From Eledone cirrhosa (lineage: Eukaryota), in contig OZ024742.1 of NCBI GenBank assembly GCA_964016885.1, forward strand, positions 120,218,001-120,282,000: 64,000 nucleotides of DNA, in the 5' to 3' direction. The translations under genes were made by a program, and so were the position numbers. This document shows, piece after piece, positions 25,842 through 38,632 of the stretch; within the stretch, counting starts at the first letter, position 1; the number at the start of each line of letters is the position of its first letter. Below the pieces are notes generated by a model that was not told the origin of the DNA, ran no database searches, and saw nothing but the letters and a program-made list of their open reading frames with translations.

Positions 25842-26180
25842 CATGACTGAATGGTTAAGAATGTACTTTGCAAATGTGAGATTCTGAGTTTAATTCGACT
25901 GTATGGCATCTTGGGCAAATGTCTTTTACCATAATTTTAGGTCAACTGAAGCCTGAGAGTGAGATTGGATAGACATAACTATGATTAAGTCCATCAGATG
26001 GATTGTACCTGTAATTCGAAATTTCAGTCAAATCCCATTTGACACACTGATTCTGCCTGAGAATTATGTTGATGGTAGATATGGTGGAATATTCAACCAC
26101 TTACTCATTAACTTTATGAGTAAGGCAATTAGTTGACTGAACATCTGATTGCTTATCATCGAAATTGATAGAGGATCCAT
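25842..26180 (+). mobile_element. Degraded tRNA-derived SINE
   Basis: catgactgaatggttaaga (A-box-like), gagtttaattc (B-box-like), ggcatcttgggcaaatgtctt core. Confidence 0.6.
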
Positions 26181-27896
26181 CATGTTCCAATGTAACAGAC
26201 TAAGGAAAATGATATTGGGTCAAAACATCACTAACTACTGCATAGTTCATAAAGTTTAACCTTTGTTTCAATTCAATATGCATGGTAAAGTCTTGTTTGA
26301 AAACTACTTGATTTCTATCAATCATTTAATGATCTGGTTAAAAAAAGAAATTAAATGACTTTTCTCTCACTTCATTAGCACCCATTCTTGCTCTGTATCC
26401 ATAATACAATTATCTAAACCTTCATATTTCAAGTTTATCATTTACACCCATCATTACACTAAACAAACAACAAGCAATTTATGTTCATTTTTCCTGCTAG
26501 AGCAATTTGTTGTAAGATTTGCAGACCAAAAGATAAGCTTCATGCTAATAAAATACATAACCCATTTTTCAATTCATATTTAAAATAGTTAAATGTTTCA
26601 CACATAAAATTATGATTGAAGGTTTTAATTTAGACATAAATATTTTAAAATGAATAGTTTTGTATCATACAACCAGCACTGGTTTCAGGAAGATTGGTAT
26701 GGAAATGATTAAGCAACAGAAGTTTCAATTAACAGTCAGGAATACTATTTTGAGGGTTATCTCAGACATATTTGGATATATAGAGATTTAGGATGGTTCA
26801 AATGACAGCTACGAAAGTGATTGTTGATTAAAATTTAACTGTGTGGCATCTTTTATAAATGGGTTCATTCTTTTTATGATTAGTGTAACATAGATTAATA
26901 TAATTTTAATTATTTAGATTTCTCAATAAAGAGACAATCAATAGCTATTCTCTGGTACATTTATAAGTATGGTATCATTTTAAAGGAATTTGATGGGTGT
27001 TCTCTGTGTACACAAACACATACATATTTATGGCCACAACTGACAAATCATACAGACTGAAAAACACTTTGAATGATGAAGTCAATAAATTAATGAACAC
27101 ACATTACTCATATACTTTAATTCTCTATATTATATATTTTCAAGTACAACAATAATCCAATTTTTCTAAATGAAAGAAACTTTACGAATTTCTTCAGAAT
27201 AATCAGATTAGGGTCTATTAAGAAGTTTTCTTATTTATCTGAATATAACTCTCAAAATGAAAACTGTCAAAAATATTTTTATAATCTTTTTAAAATATCA
27301 ACTTATAGAATTTTAAGAGTTGTGATTTAGCTTTGATAATTTTATAAAATATTTATAACTTAAGCAAATTATATAACAATTTCTTGGATTTTTTCAAAAT
27401 TGTAAAATCCAATAAAACATCTTTTTTTTTCCTTTTTAAAGAAAAAAAAAAACCAAACTTGAAGATGAGAAACAATTTAAAGTAACAGAAAATATCTTGA
27501 CAACCTATCTATTCTTTCTTTTTCTTTTGCGTGTGTGTGTGGGAGGGGGTGGGTTATCTCTCAACAGCAAAGCATAAAGATCAACATAATCCAATAGATC
27601 AAAAAGATGTGAAGCTCTCCAGAAGAACTGAGCTTTGAATTGATTCTGAGGGATTAGCATATGTTGCAGAAAGTATCAGTATAAAGCTAAGTTGACATGG
27701 TCATGTCAATGCAGTTTCAATGTACATGCAATGGTTCAGTATGATGATGATGCTGTTGTTAACAGAATCACCCACAACAGTGACTATTTAAATCACATAA
27801 TACCATATGATGGTAGTTTCGGTAGGTAATAAAATCCTCATATTCTGTTGTTTATATACATCTTTTAATAAACAAATTCACAGGTGGCATGTATTT

Positions 27897-27999
27897 GAAG
27901 AAGAAGAAGAAGAAGAAGAAGAAGAAGAAGAAGAAGAAGAAGAAGAAGAAGAAGAAGAAGAAGAAGGAGAAGGAGAAGAAGGAGGAGGAGGAGGAGGAG
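27897..27999. repeat. (GAA)n grading into (GGA)n trinucleotide repeat
   Basis: Direct reading. Confidence 0.95.
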
Positions 28000-28786
28000 A
28001 CATTAAATGAAACAAAAATTGTTTTACAGAGAGAATTTATTCCCAATTAAATTTTATTAAAAGATAACCTATGGAATCTAAGAATTTTTACACAGACCCC
28101 AATTTGGAAACCACAGACATAGATCTATGTATAAAGGCACTCAACTTATGGCTTTCTCATATTTTATCCAGGCATAGGACTAAATTTTAAACGTGTCCTT
28201 TTCAAAGACAATTAGATGGTGGCTATTTCTAGCAGTTGGCATGACTACACAGAGACCCCTCAATCAACTCTCCTTCTAATGACTGAGCAAAGCATAACAC
28301 TTCAATCTCTTATTCTATTAAAATTTCAAAGCAATATTTAATAAGTAAATATTCATAAAGAATGTAGAGAAACCCATCCCTGATAATACTGACTTTCAAC
28401 ATTCACAGAAAAGGAATTAAGTTTGTTAGAATTTCTTGATTTTCCTAATGACACTAGAGACATAAGTACAAATTGTAACAACTGGAAATTAAATTTGGAC
28501 TCAATACTGTCATTAAGAGCTTATCTCTATTTCACAATTCTCAAAAGCCTACATATCAATTAGGCATAAAGTAGATTCTTATACAGAAAGCATATTATCA
28601 ATGAAATCAAACCCAAAAGAAAAAAAATGAATATTGACAAATAAGAACCATTTATCCTGCAATTTCATCCTATTCAGTTTAATTAATTCATTTTATCAAA
28701 ATTATAATCATACTGAGTTAAAAATAAAATCCAAGCTTGTTGATATCAGTGTTTTTGTTGTTATTGTATCAAAAAATAATGCTTAC

Positions 28787-28890
28787 CATCTATGTGATGA
28801 AAATTAACAGCTGGCAGCCAATTCTGATAATTCCTTCATTCTGTCAGTCTCCTGCTAACTAAATTGGAATCTTTCAACACAGATGGGTTT
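28787..28890 (-). other. Putative mostly non-coding exon ending in ATG (candidate start of the minus-strand gene)
   Basis: ttcttttttttcttatatttattAG|aaaccc...catagATG|GTAAGC; all three frames contain stops before the final ATG. Confidence 0.3.
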
Positions 28891-31800
28891 CTAATAAATA
28901 TAAGAAAAAAAAGAAAGAAGTATAGTAGGTCAGGCGTCATCAAATGAACAGTTAATTTACCTTCATAGTAATTTGACAGGCAATTGTTTAGCCTCCTTCT
29001 TTTATAATATATAAATGAATTCCAAGACATCACAAAGAATATTATTCAATGTCAACCTACTGCTGTGCATTAAGGTTTATGCCAAAACTATTAATTTAGC
29101 AATCTGATGATTGACATTTTACTTTACCATCAATTTGGCAAGAACCATGTTAACAGTTGAAAATATATAACAGATGCATGAAACATATATAGATTACATG
29201 TAAGCAAAAATATGAACTATGATAAAATCATCATCATCATCATCATCTTGTAATGTTTGTTTTCCCTGCTGGCAAGGATTAGTTGTGTCGGCACAGACTA
29301 ATTCAATACACAAACTGAGCTAGTGACCTCTCAGATGAGCCAGGGGCCTGTAATTTGTTCAATCACGTTCCTAAATTGTACTTTTATAGAAACAAATGCC
29401 ACAGATACGAAAACACTAATAGAATGAGCAGCCGGTTGGAAGAAAAAGAGGTGAGAGAATTCTGGTTGCATGCGGCTGGTTTAAATGCTAAAGAGCTAAA
29501 GATAACTAAAGTATTGGCACCAGGATGGGCATTCAGCCCTAAAACATTGCTTTAAAAAAAAACCCATGATGAGTACAAAGCCTGTCATGGAGCCACAAGT
29601 TTAACATCTGTTTTAGAAGGGAGAATGACCTCAAAATACTAGTTGTTGTAGTAAACACTGCAAGAATATGAAGGCCCAATGCATTATGACTTTTTACCAG
29701 CACCACGATTGTCTGATGTTAAACTGAATAGTTCATTAATGATAAATAATTAATCAACTTTGTGCATCCACTATTGAATCATATAGGCCTAACAACCAAG
29801 TCAACTACAGGATATTACACCTAGTAATTCTATATTTTAGGTGGTGTACTTATATTCTTCCTTTGATAGTGCATTTTAAAGCATACATATAAGTTATACA
29901 GAAAAGTTAATGAAAAAATAAAACAGTAAATTGCTAAAGGGTTTGATCTAGAAACAAATTAGAACAGAAAAAAAATATTGCATCTAAATGACATTGTAGA
30001 GAAAAAAATCAAATCATAAATACATATATTTCTTATAACAAATTAATGAAATATTAACATGTTAATAAAATGATGTTTTCACATCTTTAGACAACAAAAT
30101 TTATTTATGAAAGCTGCAACAACTTAACAAAACAACAACAAAAAAGCTATTTATGTTCATTGACGTTCTTTTTATTGACATGTGCAAATGTTTTAAAACG
30201 TACTGACAAAAGAGGAAGAGAAACACACCAGCTAAAACAAAACATGCATTAGATTATATGCTGATATGCTTTCATTCTATTTAAGAAGCAAATGGGCACA
30301 CTCTGGAATGAATAATATAATAGAAAATGACAAATCTAAAAAAAGAAATATATTTGATAATTGCAGATCATATTGCAAACTTCTTTTTACCAATACTTGC
30401 AAATGTAAATGAAAAAAATATAGGTCAGAGCAAAAATAGAATGGACCGTATCATAAATGGGAATTGGCTTTCAATCAATTTTGGAATTAATTTAGAGATC
30501 GTCTAAAAAAAACTAAAAATAAAACAAAACAAAACAAAAAATATATAAATACAATAATATTTTACAGCTTTTCATTATATTGCAGTTGTTTGATAGAACT
30601 GTTTTACAGTTTTCATAAATAGTATTTAGTTGAGCTGAAGCTTTCATAAACAAGATTTTTGTTGAACTTAACCATAACAATTGTAAATGTGGGCGTCTGA
30701 ATGTATATATGTTTATGTAAAAATATCTGTAGGTGTGAAAAGGGAAAAAGGAAAACTGCTCAATCAGGAAGAGAGCTGAAATATATTATTTATTTATGTT
30801 TATACACAGAACAAAAGCGCTACGTAGGGTTTCAAGGGCCAATATTGACCATATCTCCAGAATGTAAGTGGGATCAAATTTGTGACCTAAACTTCAGGCA
30901 CTTATACAAGTTTATAAGATATCTTTAAAAGTAATACATGAAGAAATAGTAAGTAGAAGACAGTTGCCCCAAATGGATAACAGTTTGAAATTTACAACAG
31001 TAACTGTGTTGTATTATTCATGGTGAAGGCATTCTTCAGCAACTTGGCTGACAATTGAAAGATATTGCCTGTGATATTCAAATCATTTTGAAAATAATAA
31101 AGAATTTGGAACATAACAAAGGTTCTTAAATAGAATAACGATGAAAGAATTTTAGATAAATATAAACTTATTAAAACAGTTTTGTATTGCAGCAGCAGTT
31201 TCAGATGTTTCAGTATTGAAAGGGTTAAGTATTTACTTGAAGTAAGAATGCTTGTGTAAGCTCATCTCATATATACTGTATATATTCAAATATAAGCCAA
31301 CCCCACCAAATTTTATGTCTGAGAAATGAATAAAAATCAAACCATGTGTATAAGGCAGAGCAACTAATCAACATATTATGTTTAAGAGTCATTTAAAATA
31401 CAGTTTTTGTTTCACAACTCTATTATGTAATTTTTTCTTTTTTACCATTTCATCTGTTTTATAAAGTTTAAATGGTTCCGACCACTCACATGCTAGGAGT
31501 ACTTTGAAAGCAAGAGATCAAATAAGAAAACTTTGTATAGAGATTCATAGAGTAGAAGATGGAAGGGGAAACAGTATGTGAAAGAGAGAAGAGAGAGAGT
31601 GAGAGTCATCATCATCATCATCATCATCTTCGTTTAACGTCCATTTTCCACGCTAGCATGGGTTAATAAAATAAATTAAAAATAAGACTTCAACCTTATG
31701 TAAGATTGAAAGAAAAAGTATAAAGTCAGAGACAAACATTCGCGCGCTCGCGCGTGCGTGTGTGTGTGTGTTTTGGATATTTATGTATTAAAAAGTTCAA

Positions 31801-32058
31801 ATTATAAAAATTTGCTGGGATATTTTCAAGGGAATGCATAAGTCTGCTGGGATAACTTGGTACTTCTTCACCCAGCAATGATCATTCATAAAAGTTACTT
31901 CATTAACCCTTCTAATAACAGAGACAATCTGTATATGTACGTAAATATGTACATTGGTGTGAAGGAAATCATGTGTATACACATACACACTCACACACAT
32001 TAAAAAGTATACATTTCACATTTTCTATAATTCACTTTCAAATAGAGATTTTCATATC

Positions 32059-32393
32059 TTTTTTTTTCTTTGCTAGGTCTAGTGGGAGGGGCTGTGTCGA
32101 TGACAACTGCTGGCCTTTTGAGACCAATTTGATATTGTTGGTGCTCAGATTAAATTGTTGCAGGTCTACTCCTACAGGAAAGACATGTACAGGAAGGTAA
32201 TTCCACAGGGATGAAATTCTAGGGAGGAAGGGCTGGCCATAATGGTTCATGCATGGCCTAGGTGTTTAGACATAATATGGGTAATGAGATGTGAGGACAC
32301 AAATGAGGTGGAAGTATGTGTGAAGATGGGTCAGCTAGCTCTGAGCAGCAGATGCCATTATTGTACCAATAGAAAAAGGCCAACAGAAATGGC
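32059..32393 (-). mobile_element. 3' fragment of a Jockey/CR1-group-like LINE with A-rich tail
   Basis: PFLPRISSLWNYLPVHVFP..DLQQF resembles the SFFPR...WN.LP...F C-terminal motif of such LINEs; T-run at 32059-32071. Confidence 0.65.
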
Positions 32394-32480
32394 TTCTACA
32401 GGACTAGAACTGTTTCATTAGAAGGAAATCATCTGCTATATATTGAGTACCTTACTTACTGTGGTTACTCCCGACTGAAC
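32394..32480 (-). mobile_element. Second, internally deleted copy of the hammerhead-like element at 19483-19645
   Basis: Reverse complement: gtaaccacagtaagtaaggtac..aata.atagCAGATGAtttccttctaatGAAAcagttctagtcctgtagaa. Confidence 0.75.
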
Positions 32481-32488
32481 ATATACAT

Positions 32489-32799
32489 ATCATCATCATC
32501 ATCATCATTTTACGTCCGCTTTTTCCCTGCTTGCAAGGGTGGGACGGGAACTGATTCTGGCTTGATTTCTACAGCTGGATGCCCTTCCTAACACCAACCT
32601 CATTTACAGTGAGTGCTGGGTGCTTTTTTGCCATGGCACCTCCACGACCACTTTGCAGTGGAATGATAGGGACCCCAATCCCTATCATCTCATTTCTACA
32701 GCTGAGTAAACTGGAGCAATGTGAAATAAAGTGTCTTGCTCAAGGAAACAACACATCACCCGGTCTGAGAATTGAACTCACAACCTTTCGATTGCAAGG

Positions 32800-32803
<4 letters not shown>
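32489..32803 (-). mobile_element. Young SINE copy, 5'-truncated
   Basis: Near-identical reverse complement of 17497-17813. Confidence 0.9.
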
Positions 32804-32842
<39 letters not shown>

Positions 32843-32889
32843 GCATGCACACACACACGTATATACATATATGTATATACAGATATGTA

Positions 32890-33110
32890 TATGATGGCTT
32901 CAAACTGACACTAAGAGTATTGCAATTGCTTGTCAAATTCATATGTTCGACGCTCGGGTAGGGCTTTTCAAGCCTGCTAGAGACGTGCAACCCTTGGCAC
33001 ATTGACGACAATATAGACCTCCCTGGCATCAGGTTGCCTGTCAACTTTCATATGCCGCTTCAGTCCTGCTACAGATCGACATTCTTTACCACATTCATTA
33101 CATCTTGCAA
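32890..33110 (-). mobile_element. LINE 3'-end remnant with two C2H2-like fingers
   Basis: CNECGKECRSVAGLKRHMK, then frameshifted CRQCAKGCTSLAGLKS; flanked by (TG)n/(TA)n. Confidence 0.5.
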
Positions 33111-33215
33111 TACACACACGCACACACACACACAACCATGCTGATATACGTATACAGTAACATATATAAATGCACATGTATATCTATATAAACATATATA
33201 ATACATATACATTAT

Positions 33216-33248
<33 letters not shown>

Positions 33249-34008
33249 GAATAAATGAATCTGAAAATAAGATAGAAATAAATTTGACATAACATGAGAC
33301 ACCATTCGATATCTTGCACAATTTAATACTGTCATTCATTTTCACATATTTTCACATAATACAACATATCACAATGCAAATGAAAATTTATCGAGTGCGT
33401 GACTTGATCATGTAATACCATATGTAGTATACCATAATGTAAAAATACAGCTTAACATATTGTACGAACTGCATGTATACATATGTACACACACTCATAC
33501 ACATAATCAACAAAAGCTTCACACAGCCATAGATATGAGTGCATACTTGTAAACATACATGCACACATACATACATATACATGCATACACACAAACACAC
33601 ACACATATATATATATATATAAACATGCATATATATATATATATATATACACACACTCACACATACATATGCATTCAGACACACAATTACACACTCATGC
33701 ATATACAAACATGTATGTGGACAAGGACACACATACATGTGGCCACACACATTCACACCTACACAAACATGTTTACCTACCTACACACATACACATTCAT
33801 ACAAATGCATATAGGTGCAGATTGATGTATACACATATATAGTCATATATGTATGTATCACACACACACACACATTATATATATATATATCATTTTATCA
33901 TCATGATCATTTCATTTTACGTCCGCTTTTTCCCTGCTTGCAAGGGTGGGACGGGAACTGATTCTGGCTTGATTTCTACAGCTTGATTTCTATATATATA
34001 TATATATG

Positions 34009-34351
34009 GAGGCACATGGCTTAGTGGTTAGAGCATTGGCCTTGCAATCGAAAGGTTGTAAGTTTTATTCTCAGACCTGGTGATGTGTTGTTTCCTTGAG
34101 CAAGACACTTTATTTCACATTGCTCTAGTTTACTCAGCTGTAGAAATGAGATGATAGGAACTGGGGTCCCTATCATTCCACTGTAAAGTGGACGTGTAGG
34201 TGCCACAGAAAAAAAAAGCACCCAGCACTCACTGTAAATGAGGTTGGTGTTAGGAAGGGCATCCGGCTGTAGAAATCAAGCCAGAATCAGTTCCTGTCCC
34301 ACCCTTGCAAGCAGGGAAAAGCGGACGTAAAATGATGATGGTGATGATGAT
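34009..34351 (+). mobile_element. Full-length young SINE
   Basis: ggaggcacaTGGCTTAGTGG A-box, tRNA-like head, central ccttgagcaagacact domain, RTE-like tail, (tga)n. Confidence 0.9.
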
Positions 34352-34358
34352 ATACACA

Positions 34359-34468
<110 letters not shown>

Positions 34469-35167
34469 TATCTAGAAATTCAAATGTATATGCATAAATT
34501 CAAGGTAAATATAAAAATAAAGTTCACAGAAGCAGATAGCTCTAGAGATAAAAAGGTTTTCCAGTGTGATGTATATAACATGTTGTAATCTATGTGTGTG
34601 CATGTATATATCTATGTCTATATGCATGTATTCATAACAGAAATTGTGTCCCCACTATCTATTACAAATCCAGACTATATATTTATTTCAATAGCTATAC
34701 ACTAGCATTGGAACCAAAATACTTTGCCATTCTGTCTTCTCCACACTTGTGTATATTTTCCAGCTATTATGTTGCTGTTGGTGGATGTGTAGATGTGTAT
34801 TTCTTTAGCGTGCATGCGTGTAGGTTGATATATAAGTATGTGTGAGTGAGTGTGGATATAAGTATATGGATGAATGTGTTGTTTTGAGTGTGTGTGTGTG
34901 TGGGGGGTGGGGGGGGTGTAGGTATTACCAACTGTACACATATTTACCATATATAATCAGTTCCCGTATGAGCAAGACAAGGTCAGCTGACCCACAACAG
35001 GACAACCAGTCTAACCCATGCTAGCGTGGAAGAACGGATGTAAAACAGTGATGATGATGATGATACTGTGTCATGCAAAATATTATTACCAGATGTATGA
35101 TCAGCAGGTAACCATGAAACTCATGAGTAGCAACAGTGTTTAATCTCAATATTATAATTTTTTTAAA

Positions 35168-35311
<144 letters not shown>

Positions 35312-36607
35312 GACAGACAGACAGAAAGATAGGCAAAGAGGGGGGGGTGATTACAAAGATAGATTTAGTTAAAAGTGAAAAAGGAAATAACAGTAAATTC
35401 ATTCTTTCAAAAGAGTTGTGATATTTTATTTAATTATAAAAAACAATTCTGAAATTAAGTATGGAAATTTATTCACCAATTCCAGTTTTTGTAGACTCAT
35501 CACATTTTTGAATTAGGTTGCCAAAATGACATTTGCAACAGTTTAAAATTAGAGTTAGACATAAAGGGTGACGTATCTAGGCTCAATGAACTAGTTATTA
35601 ATCATTTCTGTTATTAAATTTCACAAGATAACTACTTTTTTTATTTAATAAATATTGTTATATTACATGCAAATATTTCCATAAAATGAGCCTATGGTTG
35701 TTTATAGACTTTTAACAAAATTGATATTAGCTCTAAAGTTTTATGCTTTAGAGATTAACATCTGGTAGAAAAATAAAAAGACAGCACACACACATCACAC
35801 ATAGAAGTGTACTTCTCTTTGATCCTCTTCATCTAATAATAGATGAGGCAGGCAACAAAGTCAATCAGACCGGAGACAAGACACTGAAATAATGCTTCAG
35901 TAAACTCATTCTAATATATTCTATGTATTACTTCTAAACAAGATGGAAGGAATACCAAACTACCAAAATTCTTGGAAACCAACTATTTGTTTCTATATTT
36001 CACTGCTGTTCAATAAAATGCCCTCCTCCTATCAGTAAAGATTCAAGAAAATTCTTTTGATGATTCTTTGTAGTAATTTTTATACTTTCAGCAAAATTTA
36101 ACAATACTGTTTCACCCCTTCGAGTTAAGGGAAAATCTCTATATGATGAAAAGGAAACTATGAAGAACTATTGTTCTTCATTTCTTTGATATGTCTACAT
36201 CTAGATGATGTTTATGATAAGGGTAGCTTATCATTTGAAGGAAAGATATTTTACCAGATAACTATCATGATTACTACAAAATGGGGGACTACACAAGCAA
36301 TGCACACATACACACATGCAAATATTATTTATCTATATATGATCTTTGTCTTTGTTGTTTCATTCCAACAATCTAACAAGAAAAAAAAAAAATTCAACAT
36401 CAAATACTTGTATTATATAGCAGAAATTTCCGAGCGTTAGTAGTTTTTAGTCTAAAAGATAAGTATATCGACATATATTCTATATTGAGGAAGAAAACAA
36501 AGCTTTATTTTAAAATTAATTTTAAATGTTTGATATATAACTATTTTTAGACAGATGACATCTTCTGGTAAATAAAATACAAAACCCTGATTTTAAACTT
36601 TATTTGT

Positions 36608-36978
36608 AGGCACATGGCTTAGTGGTTAGAGCATTGTCCTTGCAATCGCAAGGTTGTGAGTTCAATTCTCAGACCGGGTGATGTGTCATTTCCTTGAGCA
36701 AGACACTTTATTTCACATTGCTCCAGTTTACTCAGCTGTAGAAATGAGATGATAGGGACTGGGGTCCCTATCATTCCACTGCAAAGTGGTCGCAGAGGTG
36801 CCACGGCAAAAAAGCACCCAGCCCACACTGTAAAGTGGACGTGTAGGTGCCACGGAAAAAAAAAGCACCCAGCACTCACTGTAAATGAGGTTGATGTTAG
36901 GAAGGGCATCCAGCTGTAGAAATCAAGCCAGAATCAGTTCCCATCCCACCCTTGCAAGCAGGGGAAAGTGGGCGTAAA

Positions 36979-37016
<38 letters not shown>
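36608..37016 (+). mobile_element. Full-length young SINE with an internal ~50-bp tandem duplication
   Basis: A-box tggcttagtgg, B-box gagttcaattc; unit cactg.aaagtgg.cg..gaggtgccacgg.aaaaaagcacccag present twice. Confidence 0.9.
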
Positions 37017-37018
<2 letters not shown>

Positions 37019-37417
37019 CTGAGCAGATGTTTCTGTAGCTTAAGATAATTATCATATTTTTGACCGGATGTTTATTGTAATTTGACATAATTATAACATT
37101 AATGATCACTTATGAAACAAAATTACATTTATGATAAGATATTGCTGTAAATTGACATAACTAATATACAGGTCTGACCTCACTAATCTGGCATTTAATA
37201 GACCAGTAGCATCAATAATTCAGGACAGTGACTTGAATCTGGCAGTCACTAGTTAGTATGACTGCCACTTGACCAGCTGTGACACCACTAGCACCCCATG
37301 TAACACAAGATGTCACAGATGATGTCCAAGATGTCCTATAAGATAACCCAGATGTTGATCTATCAGATATAAACTATACTCAGCTTTAATTTATATTACA
37401 TGTAGAAACATAAATTA

Positions 37418-37770
37418 CTCGAAACGTGCTCTGGAAAGTTCTGCAGGAGTATGGGGCCAAGAGTCAGCTTCTTGGTACCATGATGTCTCTTATATGAATG
37501 CCCGAGTATTTGTGTTCAGATAAATGGTGCTAAATCAAAACCATTCAATGTGGGGGTTAGACTTGCTGGACAGATTTTAAGGGCAAAACCAACCGGCAGA
37601 AGACCCAGGGGTAGACCCCGAGCAAGATGGTTGGATAACATCCATCAACTTGGCTGGTTAAACTTGAAGATGCAGCCACATCAGTTGGAGATGGTTGATT
37701 CTGACAGGACCCACTGGAAGGAATGTTTAAGGACTCTGCCCCCACAGCCCTCATAGGAATAAGAAGGAAT
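37418..37770 (+). mobile_element. Internally deleted RTE-like LINE remnant (second family)
   Basis: RNVLWKVLQEYG...VQINGAKSKPFNVGVRL joined directly to AGQILRAKPTGRRPRGRPRARWLDNI; same family as 62300-63015. Confidence 0.75.
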
Positions 37771-38129
37771 ACATTTTTGGTAAATTGTTGTTGATGTAAT
37801 GTTTTACAGGTGTCAGAAGGACTATTTTCTTTCATTTTTCTGCTAATCTACTTATTGTCTTACTGTCCAGTAAACTTTTGCCAAAGGACTAAGACTATCA
37901 CTTTGTCATACAAAATCTAGTAAGTCTTAACTAGGTTTATACCTACATCAGTTGTTCCAGTGTGTCAGTAATACTATAAAGTATATTTTGCCATTTTTAC
38001 CCCAAGCTTCACTGGTTTAGAAAATTCATTATCTAGCACTTGTCCAGTTTCAAGCTTGCTTGATTAGTGAGGTCCAACCTTCATATTTACAAGATAGTTG
38101 GAATTTGAAATAAATATTATATTATTACA

Positions 38130-38500
38130 AGATACTTCTGTAATTTGTAATAATTATTACATTTATGACAAGATATTTACTGTAGGTTCACAATTATTAC
38201 ATCAGAAATTTACTTCAACTCAACACTATATAATTATGACCAGATACTTCTGTAATATGAAATAATTATTACATTTATGACCAGATACTTACTGTAAGTT
38301 GACATAATTATTATATTTAGGAGCAGATATTTACACTAGGTTCACATAATTATATTTATGACCAGATATTTACTCTAGGTTGACATAATTATATTAAATG
38401 ACCAGATATTTACTCTAGGTTGACATAATTATTTTTTTGACCAGATATTTACTCTAGGTTGACATAATTATATTTACGAGCAGATATTTATTATAACTTA
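38130..38500. repeat. ~40-bp AT-rich minisatellite
   Basis: accagatatttactctaggttgacataattat... at 38361, 38401 and ~38440, with degenerate copies either side. Confidence 0.85.
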
Positions 38501-38632
38501 AACACTAAATCTATTGACTGTAAAGACATCTGGTATTCCCACAAAATGAATAAATTATACAATCAGCTGTACAGTTAGCAAATGAATTTCTATTTCGTCA
38601 TAAATGTAAACAAAGACAAATGTTTATATATT

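Noticed and set aside
27807-28046. Poly-Glu / poly-Phe ORFs
   Set aside because: (GAA)n repeat with no other coding support
34009-34080. Functional tRNA gene (also 36608-36680)
   Set aside because: A/B boxes are present but stems are broken and the sequence continues into a SINE body and tail
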